Notes under the pieces: model-generated | Told to the model about the DNA's origin: nothing | The model's database searches: none | The model's input: the letters and a program-made list of their open reading frames with translations, nothing else | DNA from: Lama guanicoe | Lineage: Eukaryota | Direction: 5' to 3' | Length of the DNA: 64,000 bases | Assembly: GCA_013239625.1 (NCBI GenBank) | Contig: MU054001.1 | Span: 2,858,151-2,922,150, forward strand | In this document: piece by piece, positions 10,071 through 21,648 of the stretch | How positions within the stretch are numbered: position 1 is the stretch's first letter | Layout of the letters: each line of letters begins with the position of its first letter | Position numbers and translations under genes: made by a program

Positions 10071-11299
10071 ATTATTGTTTATTACTGTTATTATTATAAT
10101 GTCTCTGGATGCTGAGTCCCTCCCTTACTCTGGAGTATTCCATTTAAAGGCAGGCCCGTCTTAGAGTGGAACGTGATTCCTGTTACTTCCCCTGCCTTGC
10201 AGCAGCACCAGGAACTGGTTCCTTGAACTAGAGACGAATGCACACGTGGTCTCTAGTGAATGCTGGGCAAGGAGCAAGGGTGGAAAATTCCAGGTCTGGC
10301 TGCTGCCTGGGTGGCTGACCCTATTAACCATTAACAGTTTATCTTGAATCTGATTCTGATTACATCCAATTTGTTCTCTCGCCTCCCTTCTTCCCTGGTT
10401 CCCTTCTAGAATTTACATTAGAAAATGAACAGCCAGCATATCCCATTTGTTAGCGTCCAAGTCACTGGCCATTTTCTCGTGTTGGCTCATCTAGGCATTC
10501 TCTTGGTTTTACTAACTCACTATATCATCCTGGATGGAGGAGGGGGGGATGTTTTCTCTGGGCCTGTTTTTCCATCTGAGAAAGAAGACGGCTAACCATC
10601 AACCATCCTACATTGTCTTGATCTTGTCAGGAATTTAGAGGCAATGGCTTTGGGCTTCTAAACACAATGGCACTTCAAAAACACTGTAGTATAGTGTTGC
10701 ATATTATGTAGAGGCAGGGTGGTTGCAAAAGACTGCTGAGAATTGTGCATGATCACAATTGCCCCTGGAACTGTTATAAATGGCCCAGTTAGGGAAACAT
10801 CTATGATATGGATGTATATTAATATGGCTGGGTCAATGTAAAATGTATATAGACTATATACATAACCTGGAGAATATAATAGAACAACATGCCAAGTGTA
10901 ACTGTATGCTGCTCTATAAAGAGAGCACTTGTAGTTAGGTTTAAACATTAAATACATGCTTGATTCTGTTCCTCTCTACAAAACTGAGCTATTCTGCTTT
11001 TCTATGAAAGAAATTCTGTAAAAACAAATTGTGTTTCAAGATTCAGAGTTGAGTTTCTCACCTATCACATAAGTCTTACTAGAAGGGGAGAGCCCCTATA
11101 AGTTTGTCCCATAGACATAGTGCCAAACTTTGGCCTCATTTTACTATATAGAAGAATAAAAATCCTCTCAACTGGATCACACCAATGGACCCTCAGACAA
11201 GGGGCCATCTCATATGGATTCATGTAGATCCTTAAGTCTACAATTCCACTTACTCTAGGCCAGTTACCCAGAGAAAATACTGTACTTTCAGTTTTCACA

Positions 11300-11534
11300 G
11301 TAATAGCAGTGAAAGCCAATGTTTACTGACTGCTTTCTGTGTTCCAGGTGCTGTACTGAACCCTTCATATATACTGTTTTATTTGAGCAAGGTAGTATTA
11401 TTATTCCCGTTTGCTAACAATAAAAATGAGGCATAGAGATTTTAAGTTTCAGTGAGTAGCCCATGGCCACACAACTAGGGACACGGCACCCAGGGTAATG
11501 ATGCTAGCAGTCTGATTCCAGTGTTCATGCTCTC
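11300..11534 (-). mobile_element. MIR SINE
   Basis: aatgtttactgactgctttctgtgttccaggtgctgtact...attattcccgtttg...gaggcatagag...gccacacaactag. Confidence 0.7.
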
Positions 11535-11885
11535 CGCTATGGTCTGAATGTTTATGTCCACTCAGAATTCATATGTTGATACCCTAACCCTCAAAGGTGA
11601 TGGTATTAGTAGGTGGGGCCTTTGAGAGGTGATTAGGTCATGTCCTCATTAATAGGATTAGTGCCCTTATAAAAGAGACCCTACAGAGCTCCTTAGCCCC
11701 TTCCATCATGTGAAGCCACAGCGAGAAAGTGCCCTCAATGAACCAGAAAGACGGCCTTCAACTGAACACAACCATGTTGGGCCATGCTGGCACCTTAATC
11801 TCAAAGCCATGAGAAAAAATTTCTGTTGTTTATAAGCAACCCAGTCTGTGGTATTCTGTTACAGCAACGCAAACAGACTAAGACA
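11535..11885 (+). mobile_element. MLT1A/A0 (ERVL-MaLR) solo LTR
   Basis: (c)gctatggtctgaatgtttatgtcc...ggattagtgcccttataaaagagaccc...ttctgttgtttataagcaacccagtctgtggtattctgttacagca...gactaagaca. 5-bp TSD ctctc/ctctg. Confidence 0.9.
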
Positions 11886-12834
11886 CTCTGTCTTTCATCC
11901 TTGGTCCCTCCCCTTCGCACCTGGGCAAGCCATTTTATCTCTCAGTATCTTAGTTTCCCCACTATGAGCTGAAGAAAATGATTTCTGAATGGGAAACTTG
12001 CCCAAAGGCTCTGAAATAATGCTTGGGAATCATTGTGAAACTTTATAGTGGTGGAAGTTCATAGGCTGATGCTAATTTAAAAATGAAGATGGGGTGGGTA
12101 ATAGGACCATAGCCTTCTAGTGCTGCCCTAGTGACAGCTGGTCAAAGAGACCCATCAATACTTTCTTGTCCCCCTAAGCTCTGGCACTGCCCCTTCATCA
12201 GAGGCTGTCTGCTGACGGGGAGTAGGGGAGGCAGAGCCGAGTGAACACATCCCTCTAATCCTAGAATTCTATTTTTAGTCAGGGGTGGTTCTGACTTTTC
12301 TTCTAATCTGTGAAGTTTTCAAGGAGTGCCCCGACCTATGATTCAGAAAGGGCTGAATCAGTACCGATTAAGGAAATGACCACCAAATCTGTTGACTTAA
12401 AAATAGTGAGTCCCTGCCTATTAGACTGACTGCTTAGATACCTATTCATCTGTGATAAATTGCCTTAATAAATCCCATTGAGCGGGGGAACTATGAGAAT
12501 GGAGCAGGGATGAGAATAGAGGGCATTCTTCTCCAGGGAGATGAAACAATATAATATGCAGTGTCCTGGGATTGTTATAATGCACTTATTGAAATGACAC
12601 TAATGCTGGAAAGTTTGTGAAAGAAAGAGGGGCATTTTTCTATGTGGTAGGGAAAAAGAAAACCAGCTCAGCTTGTTCATCCCTCAAAGGAACATTTTGA
12701 CACCCAGTTAAGGGAGAGAGAGGGGGCCCTGGGGTCTGGCTGCAGCAACCGCCTGACAAGGTATCTGGGACGGGGTGCTGGATGTTGAGTGGAACTTAGT
12801 TTCAGGCAGCCTTGTGTGATGATGTCTGAGGGAG

Positions 12835-13000
12835 GCTGCCAGCACTGTGGAATCCGAAGCTCTGAGGTGGAGTCCAGGCTCCTCCTTGTTGGCTGTGTGA
12901 CTTTGACCTAATCTCTTAGTGCCCTCCGTTTGCAAGCACCTCATCAGGCTGGTAGGGACACAGATCCGATTGATGACAGGACCTTATTAACTATTAGTCA
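12835..13000 (+). mobile_element. MIR SINE
   Basis: ggctgtgtgactttgacctaatctcttagtgccctccgttt. Confidence 0.5.
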
Positions 13001-13029
13001 CTGCTCAGAAGTTAAAAATAGTCCTATAT

Positions 13030-13240
13030 TTGATCGATGTTTATCAAGCACTTATTCTGTGTGAGAAACTGTCCTTGACTCTTGGGGTACAGCACTGAAC
13101 AAAGTCACACAGTATCTTTTCTCATGGAATTTGATTCCAGGTGATGGAGACAAAGAATTGCAAATAAATATATAAGATAAGACTAGAAGATTTGAGAGGG
13201 GAAGTAATAGCATCTGATCTGAGTTTAAAGAGGATGGAAA
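13030..13240 (-). mobile_element. L2 3' fragment
   Basis: tgtttatcaagcacttattctgtg...ttggggtacagcactgaacaaag...ctcatggaattt. Confidence 0.7.
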
Positions 13241-14039
13241 ATTGAAAACTAAACAAATGCTTTCTTCCTAGTTCTGTTGGAAGGACGTAACTCAGAAACC
13301 CTCATTAATACTGTCTTTTTCAATGCATCATAATATATAGACATAGCATGTTGCAAAAGGATTTAATCTTTAAAATTTCATACAAATGTCAATTTCATAG
13401 CAAATTTCTGAGGCAATTTTATATTCAGTTTAAAATTTCTCCTGCATATAATCTATATAACTTGGTTATAAACCCATTTTCAAAGTTGATCTTAAATATT
13501 GAATTTGTTAGGTCCAGAGGACTATTTAATGGCAAGTTACTGACTATCCCCCCACCTACGTACTAATGGATGTATTTTTTAATGGACTTTTACGGAGTGC
13601 CATGAGTATTGTGCTGAAAGCCCTGTGGTGACCAAGATACGGCCCCACTCCCACGGCTACAGCCATCAGCTCTTTTAGGGTTAGTAGGCTCCAGAATGCA
13701 GCCTGAGGTTTGCTGTGGTGAGGAGGACTTTGCAGCCAGCTGTGAATTCCTTATGCTCTCAGGTTTGCTGAGGCTGAAGGTATCCAAGTAGCAGGTAGGG
13801 AAGCTGGGCCCGGGCCTAGTAAAGAGTGGCTGGATTTAAGGAGAGGGACTTCTGATGTCAGAACAATCGCATCTCCAAGCCCAGAGGGCCCTCGCAGGCT
13901 GGCTGTCTTTGCTTCCTTCTGTTGTAACTTCTGTGTAGAGCAGACCCCAGGAACACAGTACGGGTCTCTTTTCCTTCTAGAGAAAAATTGATCTCTTTTC
14001 TCAGCGTTTATTCAAATTTCCTTGATTTCCTGGACAGGT

Positions 14040-14355
14040 TTTTATTTTTCTTTTAACTTTTTAGTTTGACCCAATTTTAGATTTACAGAAAAGTTGCAAA
14101 AATTGAGAGGTTCTGTATACCCATCATCCAGCTGCCGTTAATGTTAACATCTTACATAATCATACTTAAGTGATCAAAAACCAAGAAATTAAAACTTTGG
14201 TACAATATTTTTAACTAAATGGTGGGCTCTGTCTGAATCTCACCAGTCTTTTCCCAGTGCTCTTTTTCTCTTCCAGGATCTCACATTACATTTTGTTGCT
14301 ACTTTTCCTTAGTCTCTTCCAATCTGTGACTATTCCTTAGACTCTCCTTGTTCCT
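14040..14355 (-). mobile_element. L1MB/L1MC-type 3' UTR fragment
   Basis: aattttagatttacagaaaagttgcaaa...aatgttaacatcttacataatcata...ccaggatctcacattacattt...ttagtctcttccaatctgtgac. Confidence 0.8.
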
Positions 14356-14394
14356 AACAATCCCTAAGAGCAGAAAACCCCTAAAAGAGCTATT

Positions 14395-14560
14395 TAAGCA
14401 ATGTTAGGGTTACAGAGTTTTGCTGCTGGATGGATAGTCTCAAGTAATGAGGTTCCCGTCATCAGGAGCATTCAAGGAAAGTTGGAATGATTTGACTCTA
14501 ATAGATGTTGCAAAGGGAATATGTGTAGGCACAGGAAGGGGGCTTGATGACATGGAAGTT
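14395..14560 (+). mobile_element. L3/CR1 3' fragment
   Basis: gtaatgaggttcccgtcatcaggagcattcaag...gttggaatga...gatgttgcaaagggaat resembles the CR1/L3 3' end. Confidence 0.5.
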
Positions 14561-14589
14561 ATACTTTATTTAGCTCTAACAGTGAGGAT

Positions 14590-14816
14590 GAGAAACAATG
14601 GCTCTCACTGTAGTATTCTGAGCTCAGCACTGTGATCACCTGGTTTGAATCTGTGAAATAATTTTATTTTTCTGGGCCTCAGTTTCCTACTCTGTAAAGA
14701 GGGGGCTAATAACAGCTCAAATCTTAGGATAGTTATGAGAAATAAATGGAATAGAACATGTAGAGTATTTGATGGCAAACCTGAAACGTGGGAAATGTTC
14801 CATATATGTTAATTAC
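14590..14816 (+). mobile_element. MIR SINE
   Basis: cctggtttgaatc...tctgggcctcagtttcctactctgtaaa...gttatgagaaataaatg...atatatgttaattactatt. Confidence 0.75.

Positions 14817-14858
<42 letters not shown>
14817..14858. repeat. (TAT)~14 microsatellite
   Basis: Perfect tattattat run; explains the poly-Tyr in ORF 14769..14969. Confidence 0.95.
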
Positions 14859-14859
<1 letters not shown>

Positions 14860-15035
14860 TACCATGTATATGCTATTTGCCAAAAATTATGTTAAGCCCT
14901 TTGACAATATATCTCAATTTGTCCTTACAGCTCACCTGCAGGCAGTTATTATTTGCATTTTCCAGATAAGAACCTGAGGCTCACAAGTGGCTTCAGACCT
15001 ATTTTTCTCCACTCCAGAGCCCATGTTCTTTGAAT
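14859..15035 (-). mobile_element. MIR SINE
   Basis: tgctatttgccaaaaattatgttaagccctttg...cattttccagataagaacctgaggctca. Confidence 0.65.
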
Positions 15036-15829
15036 TGCTGCCCTGTTGCCTCACCCATAATGATGGAGCAATTTCAAGCATGTGGCATTTTGGAGCTCTT
15101 TCTCAATTATGGGTCTCTCTTTATCTTCAAACATTCCTTGAGAGTTGGGACAATGACGTCACATTTGATAGGTAGCGAAAGTGAGGGGCAGTTTTAGAAG
15201 GAAGTGAGATGCTTCTTCTCATCCATGTACACCTTCTTTCTGGCAAGATGCTATTAGAATCTCAACAAGGCTCTTCCAAGCCCTTAATAAGCATGCACTA
15301 ACTTTCACAAAGTATTTTTGAGTTGCCCTGTCCAGTTATTCAGTATGAGGCTTCAAACCCAGCTCATGCAGAGGATGCCTCCAGGGGTGGGTGGCAAAGA
15401 CTCTGTGGGCAGCTTAGTGTCAGGACCTCCAGCTTCTCCCTGAGCCCCAGGAGCTCTCTGGCTAAGACAATTTGAAATCATTCCATGTTTGCTGAACAAT
15501 GTTGTAATTTAGGATATGTGTTTTCTCCCAGAGAAATTATACCTTCACATTGTAAACTGAGACCCCAAACCACAAAGACTGGGTCTTTTGTGGCTTGAAT
15601 TTAAGGAGCAAACATTGACCATGATTCTAATGTTTGGGGAATGGCTTTACAGACACTAAGATAATATAAAAGTAAGCACTGATACCTTTAACTCTCCTTG
15701 AAAGGAGATCAAGCCAAATGGTAAGTTAGGTAAGGCAAACATCCTTTTAGTTTAAAACATATTCTCTGAGCACTGTGCATTTTGGGGACCATGGACAAAT
15801 GAGACTTTGGCACTAGAGACAGCGGAACG

Positions 15830-16050
15830 ATCACAAATGATATCTACTATATGCTAGGTGATATGTGTGTTTGCAGCCTTATTTTATTTCTTCATAAATA
15901 ACTCTACAATGTGATTTTTATTTATTTTATTTTATGGAGATCCAGAGAGATTGAATAAGCCAGCCAAGATCACACAGCAAGTAAGTACAGACCCAAGATT
16001 TGAACACAGGTCCTACTGATCCCAAAGGCCATGCTCATTATATATTGCCA
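15830..16050 (-). mobile_element. MIR SINE
   Basis: ctactatatgctagg...ccagagagattgaataagccagccaagatcacacagcaagtaagt...atttgaacacaggtc. Confidence 0.75.
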
Positions 16051-16576
16051 CAAGGCTCTTAAAGAACATACAGACTGGTGTGCAAGACACACAAGTAATT
16101 TTATCCTTGTGATGTGGTAGTTGAGCTACCAATTGGGTTTTCCCTCATAATTCTATGAGAAAACACCATAGGGAGGTTCCCAAATCTGTTTCAGGATGTG
16201 GGTCCCAACCTTCCAGGGAGGACCTTCCAGAGGTCTTCCCAAGCTCCATTTATACCTCCCCCTTTTCCCCAATACTTGAGGTGGGCATACACATGGTTTC
16301 TCATCTTGCAAAGCTAGAGTGGAGACAGTGGAGAGGGATTGAATAAAATATCTGCCTAGCAACGACCATGTGTTAAAACCAGATAAATTCAATTTATCAT
16401 TTAAAAAAAATTGAATAGTAAAGAGTCTGGTTCCTAGTGGGCATTCAATATAGGGGAGTTGAATGAATTTATGGGTGTAAATAAATAAAATTTGAGACCC
16501 AAAGTGGTTAATAGAATAACAGAGTGAACAGCTTTTGCACAATATGGGCCTGGTGAGTTGGCTCTAGCTCTATCCC

Positions 16577-17345
16577 GTTTGGTAGTTTCTTACAAAACTA
16601 AACATACTCTTATCATATTATCCAGCAATCACATTCCTTGATATTTACCCAAAGGTGCTGAAAATTTATGTCCACACAAAAACTTGCACTTGAATATTTA
16701 TAGCAGCTTGATTCCTAATTGCCAAAACTTGGAAGCAACCAAGACATCCTTTGGTAGATGAGTGGGTAAATAAACTGTGATACATCCAAACAAAGGAATA
16801 TTATTCAGTGCTAAAAAGAAACAAGTTGACCAAGCCATGAAAAGACATGCAGGAATCTTAAATGCAAATTACTAAGTGAAAGAAGCCAATTGGAAAAAGC
16901 TACATACTGTATGATTCTAACTATGATATTCTGGAAAAGGTAAAACTATGGAGACAGCAAAAAGATCAGTGGTTGCCAGGAGTGGAGAGGTGGGGAGGGA
17001 TGAACAGGTAAAGCACAGAGGATTTTTAGGGCAGTAAAACTACTCTATGTGTGATACTATCATCATGGCTGCAACTCATTATACATTTTCCCAAACTCAT
17101 AGAATGTACACCACCACGAGTGAACCATAATGTAAGCTGTAGACTTTTGGAGATAATGATGTGTCAAAGTAGGTTCATCAGTAGTGACAAATGTATCCCA
17201 CTGGTGGAAGGTGTTGATAGTGGGGGAGGATATGCATGTGTGGAAGCAGGAAGTATATGGGAAATCTCTGTACCTTCCCCTCAATTTTGCTGTGAACTTG
17301 AGATTGCTATAAAAGTCTTAAAAATGAAAGCAAAAACAAACAAAT
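16577..17345 (+). mobile_element. L1MC (L1MC1-like) ORF2 C-terminus and 3' UTR
   Basis: gtttggtagtttcttacaaaactaaacatactc...tatgtccacacaaaaac...aaaactatggagacag...gggaaatctctgtaccttcccctcaattttgctgtgaac, then an A-rich tail. Confidence 0.9.
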
Positions 17346-17496
17346 AAAAACTAAAGCCCTGAAGAAGGGAATTTCCTCAATTTGCTTAAGTATATCTCCA
17401 AAAGCCTACGGCTGCTAACCTACTTCGTGGTGAGAAACTCAAAGCTTTCCCACTAAGGGCAGGAACAAGTCAGAGATGTTCCCTCTCACCACTGCT
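17346..17496 (+). mobile_element. L1 ORF2 reverse-transcriptase fragment
   Basis: 17429 onward translates [22 protein letters not shown], matching the L1 RT motif AFPLxxGTRQGCPLSP. Confidence 0.8.
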
Positions 17497-17555
17497 TGGA
17501 AGGGAGGAAGGGATGGAAGGAGGGAAGAAGGGAAGGAGAGAAAGAAAGAGAAATT
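17497..17555. repeat. Polypurine (GGAA-like) tract
   Basis: ggaagggaggaagggatggaaggagggaagaagggaaggagagaaagaaagag. Confidence 0.8.
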
Positions 17556-19039
17556 GTAAAGCTTTGAAAAAAGGATTAGAGGGGAAAGCTTGGGAATCTT
17601 AACCCTTAAGACTTACTGTCCTTGCTTTTGTCCCCTTCACCTGAGGAGGTTTGCTCTCCTCGGGTCCTTTCCTAGGCTGTGATTCTGGGCGGTGTAACCC
17701 AGTTCCTGCCTGGCTCTAGACAATTGGCTACAATCCCCGCTCAAGCTTGTTTAGCCATAAACCATGAATTGTTTTTCACCTTCACCAAAAATATTTAGCA
17801 AATGAGGTAACAAACATGCCCATCTTGTCTCACTTATGAGTTCTGTGTAATTAATTCATGTTAGTAAGGCAAAACACACTGAGGGGCTGCCATGTGTGGC
17901 TTTGTTTTATTTTTTACTAATTTGTCTGTGAGAGTCATGATATTTATATTATGTACCATCTGAAGGCTGATATGAAAGTCTTTGCTTTGTGTGGTTAATG
18001 CTGCCTTGTTTTTCAAGGGATTTCAGGTTCCCCCTGGTAAGAAGGTGAGAACAAGAATGATTTGTTCTGAGCTGACGAGCTCCCCTAACTGATGGCATTA
18101 GGCTGTGTCACCAGAGGCCACGGCCACAGGGAGGTGGGTAGGCCTTGGTGGTACTCAGCTCTGAGCAATGACTGATGATGGCCACATCATGGTGCAGCCT
18201 AGGGTGGTCAGACCTTCTGCATTTTTAGGAGAAGCTAGGACTCAGTGCTGTAGCTAGCATCTTCCAATGTTTAAGTCTTGTCAGTTGTTGCTATGTGAAA
18301 ATTCTGGTTTTGAATTGTGAGATTCAAACAAAACATGAGTGTGGAGTGGTTTCTGGAGTCCAGGTGAAGGATGGCCTGGACACAGCCTAGACTCAGGGAG
18401 TGGTCTCTTATCTGTGGCTACCCTTGCTCACAGTGGCCATGAAGGGGGCAGATCTATAGGGAGCCATGCAAGCCAAGCCCACAGCTCTTCTATACAAGTT
18501 CCCTGTTTTGTGGTCTTTCAGAGACTTTGAGGTGCTGCATGAGAAAAAAAATGAGGCAATGAATGTGAAGTAACTAGTTTTAATACCTGAAGGCAAGAAC
18601 TAAAAACTGGAGGCCTTGGACCTCCCTGGCCAGCTGAAGGGTTGCTTTTGATCTACGCAGTGTGCCTGTCCACTCCCTAGCCCTCTGCTCACCCCTGTAT
18701 TGTGCGGCTGGCCCCTGCACACAGTGTTGTTTCCTGCTGGGTCCTCGTAGGCATTTGAGTGGCAAACCCTCCTTTAAGCCATTAGTTACTAGCATCTCAG
18801 GAAAAGTAACACATGTGCAGCTGGTGTTAAGACCCCTTTGGAACCGGACAAAGAACAAGGTAGGCCCTGAGCCAGAATGGAGGGTGTAATTCTTCTACTT
18901 TCCAGTTTAAGATTCTTCAAAGTTCTCCATCCCCCCAAACCCACATCTTCTGCACGTTCTGTCACCTGGTCAAGTCCGACTTATTCCTTAGGCCACAAAT
19001 TCTAGGTTTCTGAGTGGGATTTAGTTGTTCTACTTTCCT

Positions 19040-19235
19040 GTTCCTATTGTAGCCTGGCACTAGCTCAACGCCTTGATCACATTCTTTGAAAGTTTTCAAA
19101 CTGAGATATCTAACAGCTGGGAGCTGCCAGAGGTAGGGAGCATTTGTGTTCTCCTTGGTCTCCTCTGGACCCGGAATATTTTCTGGCACACAGCAGGGGG
19201 TCAAAAGTATTTGCCAATTAAGAAATAGCAAAAAT
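19040..19235 (+). mobile_element. L2 3' fragment
   Basis: ggagctgccagaggtaggga...tctggcacacagcagggggtcaaaagtatttg. Confidence 0.5.
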
Positions 19236-19429
19236 TAAGAATGTATTCAAAGTGGACGTGTCCGTTCCATTAGAAACCTTACTGATTCTGCAATTTTACC
19301 TAGGGCACTTCTCCACCGAAGGGGGTGCTGTGGGTACCCTACTCCCCTTGTCTTCTCTTTTCTCATAGAAGAAGCAGGAGGAAAGAGGCAAGAGATGTTG
19401 GGGAAAGAGCAGCTCTGAGACTTTTCACC

Positions 19430-20120
19430 TTTACATCAACCATGCTATTGATGGGGCATTAATGCCCAACCTTTACAATGGCATGTTCAGCAAACCCCTA
19501 ACTGCTGGAATCCAATTTGTCAACTGAATATCAGAGCAGCAGATCTGTATGTTGTGTGTCCCTACAGCTGCCCTCCACTGGCTGCAGCGGGGGCAGGGCT
19601 GGGGGTGGGGGGTGGGGGTGCTGAGAGAGAGAGAGAGAGAGAGAGCCAGAGTGGGGGAGGGGAGCAGGCGGGGGAGAGCTCTCCATGTGAGCTTCTCCCC
19701 CATACACCCCCTCCCAAATCGTAAATTAACAGTGGACCTTGTTAAGTGCAGCTTCACAAATTAATATGAAATATAGTGCTTTTTCATAAGCTGGAGAACC
19801 AGATTTAAAAGCATATTGGTGTTTGTACACAGCAGGCCGTAATGATCCATTATCCTGCAGACAGAGGAGCTTGCAGCAACACATAAAGAAGATGCAATTG
19901 GGCCATCTGCTTTGATTTCTGCAGCGTCCCCAGAGATCCAAGGGAGGAGCTGACAGTCCTCTCCATCTGCCCTTACATTATCAATTACAGTTGAATTATG
20001 CCGTGTGCTGCAGGGCTGGCAGATACGGATGGGAGATTGTGGCACCTGAAAAATATAGAAGAAAATCCATATGTTGGGAGCCAGCTGTTTATTTACAAGT
20101 CCTTGACATATTTCCTCACT
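19430..20120. promoter_or_regulatory. Candidate conserved developmental enhancer
   Basis: Repeat-free. Motifs: TAATgatccATTA (19840-19852), E-box CATCTG (19904), TCF/LEF CTTTGAT (19910-19916), Meis TGACAG (19951). Conservation is inferred, not measured. Confidence 0.45.
19623..19644. repeat. (GA)n microsatellite next to G-run cluster
   Basis: gagagagagagagagagagaga preceded by five G-runs at 19589-19618. Confidence 0.9.
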
Positions 20121-21049
20121 TTCTCGGCTGTTGCCTTTTTTAAGGTTCCTAGAGACATTTCAGTTTAGTGTGAACTTGAGAAGAAATTAGGTGTAACAGC
20201 ATAGCACCACATGAATAATATTTCAGTTTCCTTTTTTACAGTTGAAATGCGCACGGAGCAAAAAACATCAGGTCGAACAGATTTTAAATTATGAAAAAAA
20301 ATTAAGTTGTGAAAACATCTGGGGTGGCTGCTACAGCTTGTTATGTTTATAAAACATGTTGGAACAGGCAGGGCCGTGCACACTGTACATTTTTGGCAGC
20401 TTAGAAATCATGTGTAAAACTGTAACTTTTTATGAAATGGTAAGTGTTTATGAAAGCTTAGGGAGTGGGGAGGTAGAAAGTGCAGTGGCCGGGCCCAACT
20501 TCTAAGAATGTGGCTTTAAGAATGCAGTGTTTTGTTTTGATTTGATTTGTATTTTCTTTTCTTTTCTTTTTTTGTTTTCCTTTTTCAGCTGGGGGCTTAA
20601 CTTCTTGTTCCTGGTTCCATTGATTCTACACTGGTGAGGCGGAGGGCTACCACGTTGATTCGGTTGTGCTGGGGTTTTATGGGATGGGATGGCTTCCAAC
20701 TGTGTGGGAGTTTACATTTTGGTCTCATTTCACGCCACGTCCTCTCCCCACATCCACTCAACCACGTGTTTGCCCAGCTGAGGGTTCCAACCCAGTGCAT
20801 CTAGAGCTCTGGGGAAGAGCTGTTACAACTCAGTACTTGTAGCTAGCAGGGAACGAGAGGATTCACACTGGCTATGAGCAAAGGCCATTTTTTGAGATGC
20901 TCTTGAAGCAGGGATGCTGGCAGGGTAAAGAGAGAGACTGAGATTAGAAGACAAGCCCCAATTTTCCACCATTCACTTGCCACTCTGGCATATTCAGAGG
21001 GCCTCTTGGTCTCTGGCCAACTTCAGGATCTCAGCACTTGATTCTTTCT

Positions 21050-21225
21050 TGTGTTATACTTTGGGCATGTGCTATACTTCTCAGGCCATTGCTTGAGATC
21101 TTCCTGAAGGAAGAGATGAACTTATTTATTTCCACTTCATTCTTAGAACCATTATGGTACCTGGCATTCTCTCAGAGTTTATAAAACGTGGAATGAATGA
21201 ATGAATGAGTGGATGAATGAATGAT
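21050..21225 (+). mobile_element. L2 3' end with (GAAT)n tail
   Basis: gcttgagatcttcctgaagg...tacctggcat...gaatgaatgaatgaatgagtggatgaatgaatga. Confidence 0.7.
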
Positions 21226-21648
21226 GTCTTCAGGATTTCCTGTATGTTAAATAACAGGCTTAGCAGCAGCCAGTGCAAAATCTAGGAACTGCAGAATTCT
21301 GTCATGTCGTGATGTGGCCATTGGGACACCAGCTTTCTGCTACCAAGGACACCTCCTCTAACCTGACCAGCGTGGGCAGCAAGGGCATAGCTTCCCTCTT
21401 TGTGGCCACTGGACATCTCCCTGGAGAAGAGGGAACCACCATGGGGGTTGTGTTCACAGGCTATGCTGATTATTCCTCTTCTTGGTTCCACAGCCTCGTA
21501 GCACTGGAGTCTACCAACCTTCTTCCTGTCCCCTCCTGGGTCCTTCCTGTCTATGCTCACAGCCCTTGTGAGACTCAGTGTCTCACGGAAACGGGCTCCT
21601 GTGTGTGCAGTGAAAGCGCAGTGCGTGAGAGCTTTCACACTGCAGCGC

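Noticed and set aside
14769..14969. Poly-tyrosine ORF
   Set aside because: Translation of the (TAT)n microsatellite within MIR tails.
18200..18390. Possible hAT MITE (tagggtggtcag...ggacacagccta)
   Set aside because: Too degenerate to assign a family or ends from memory.
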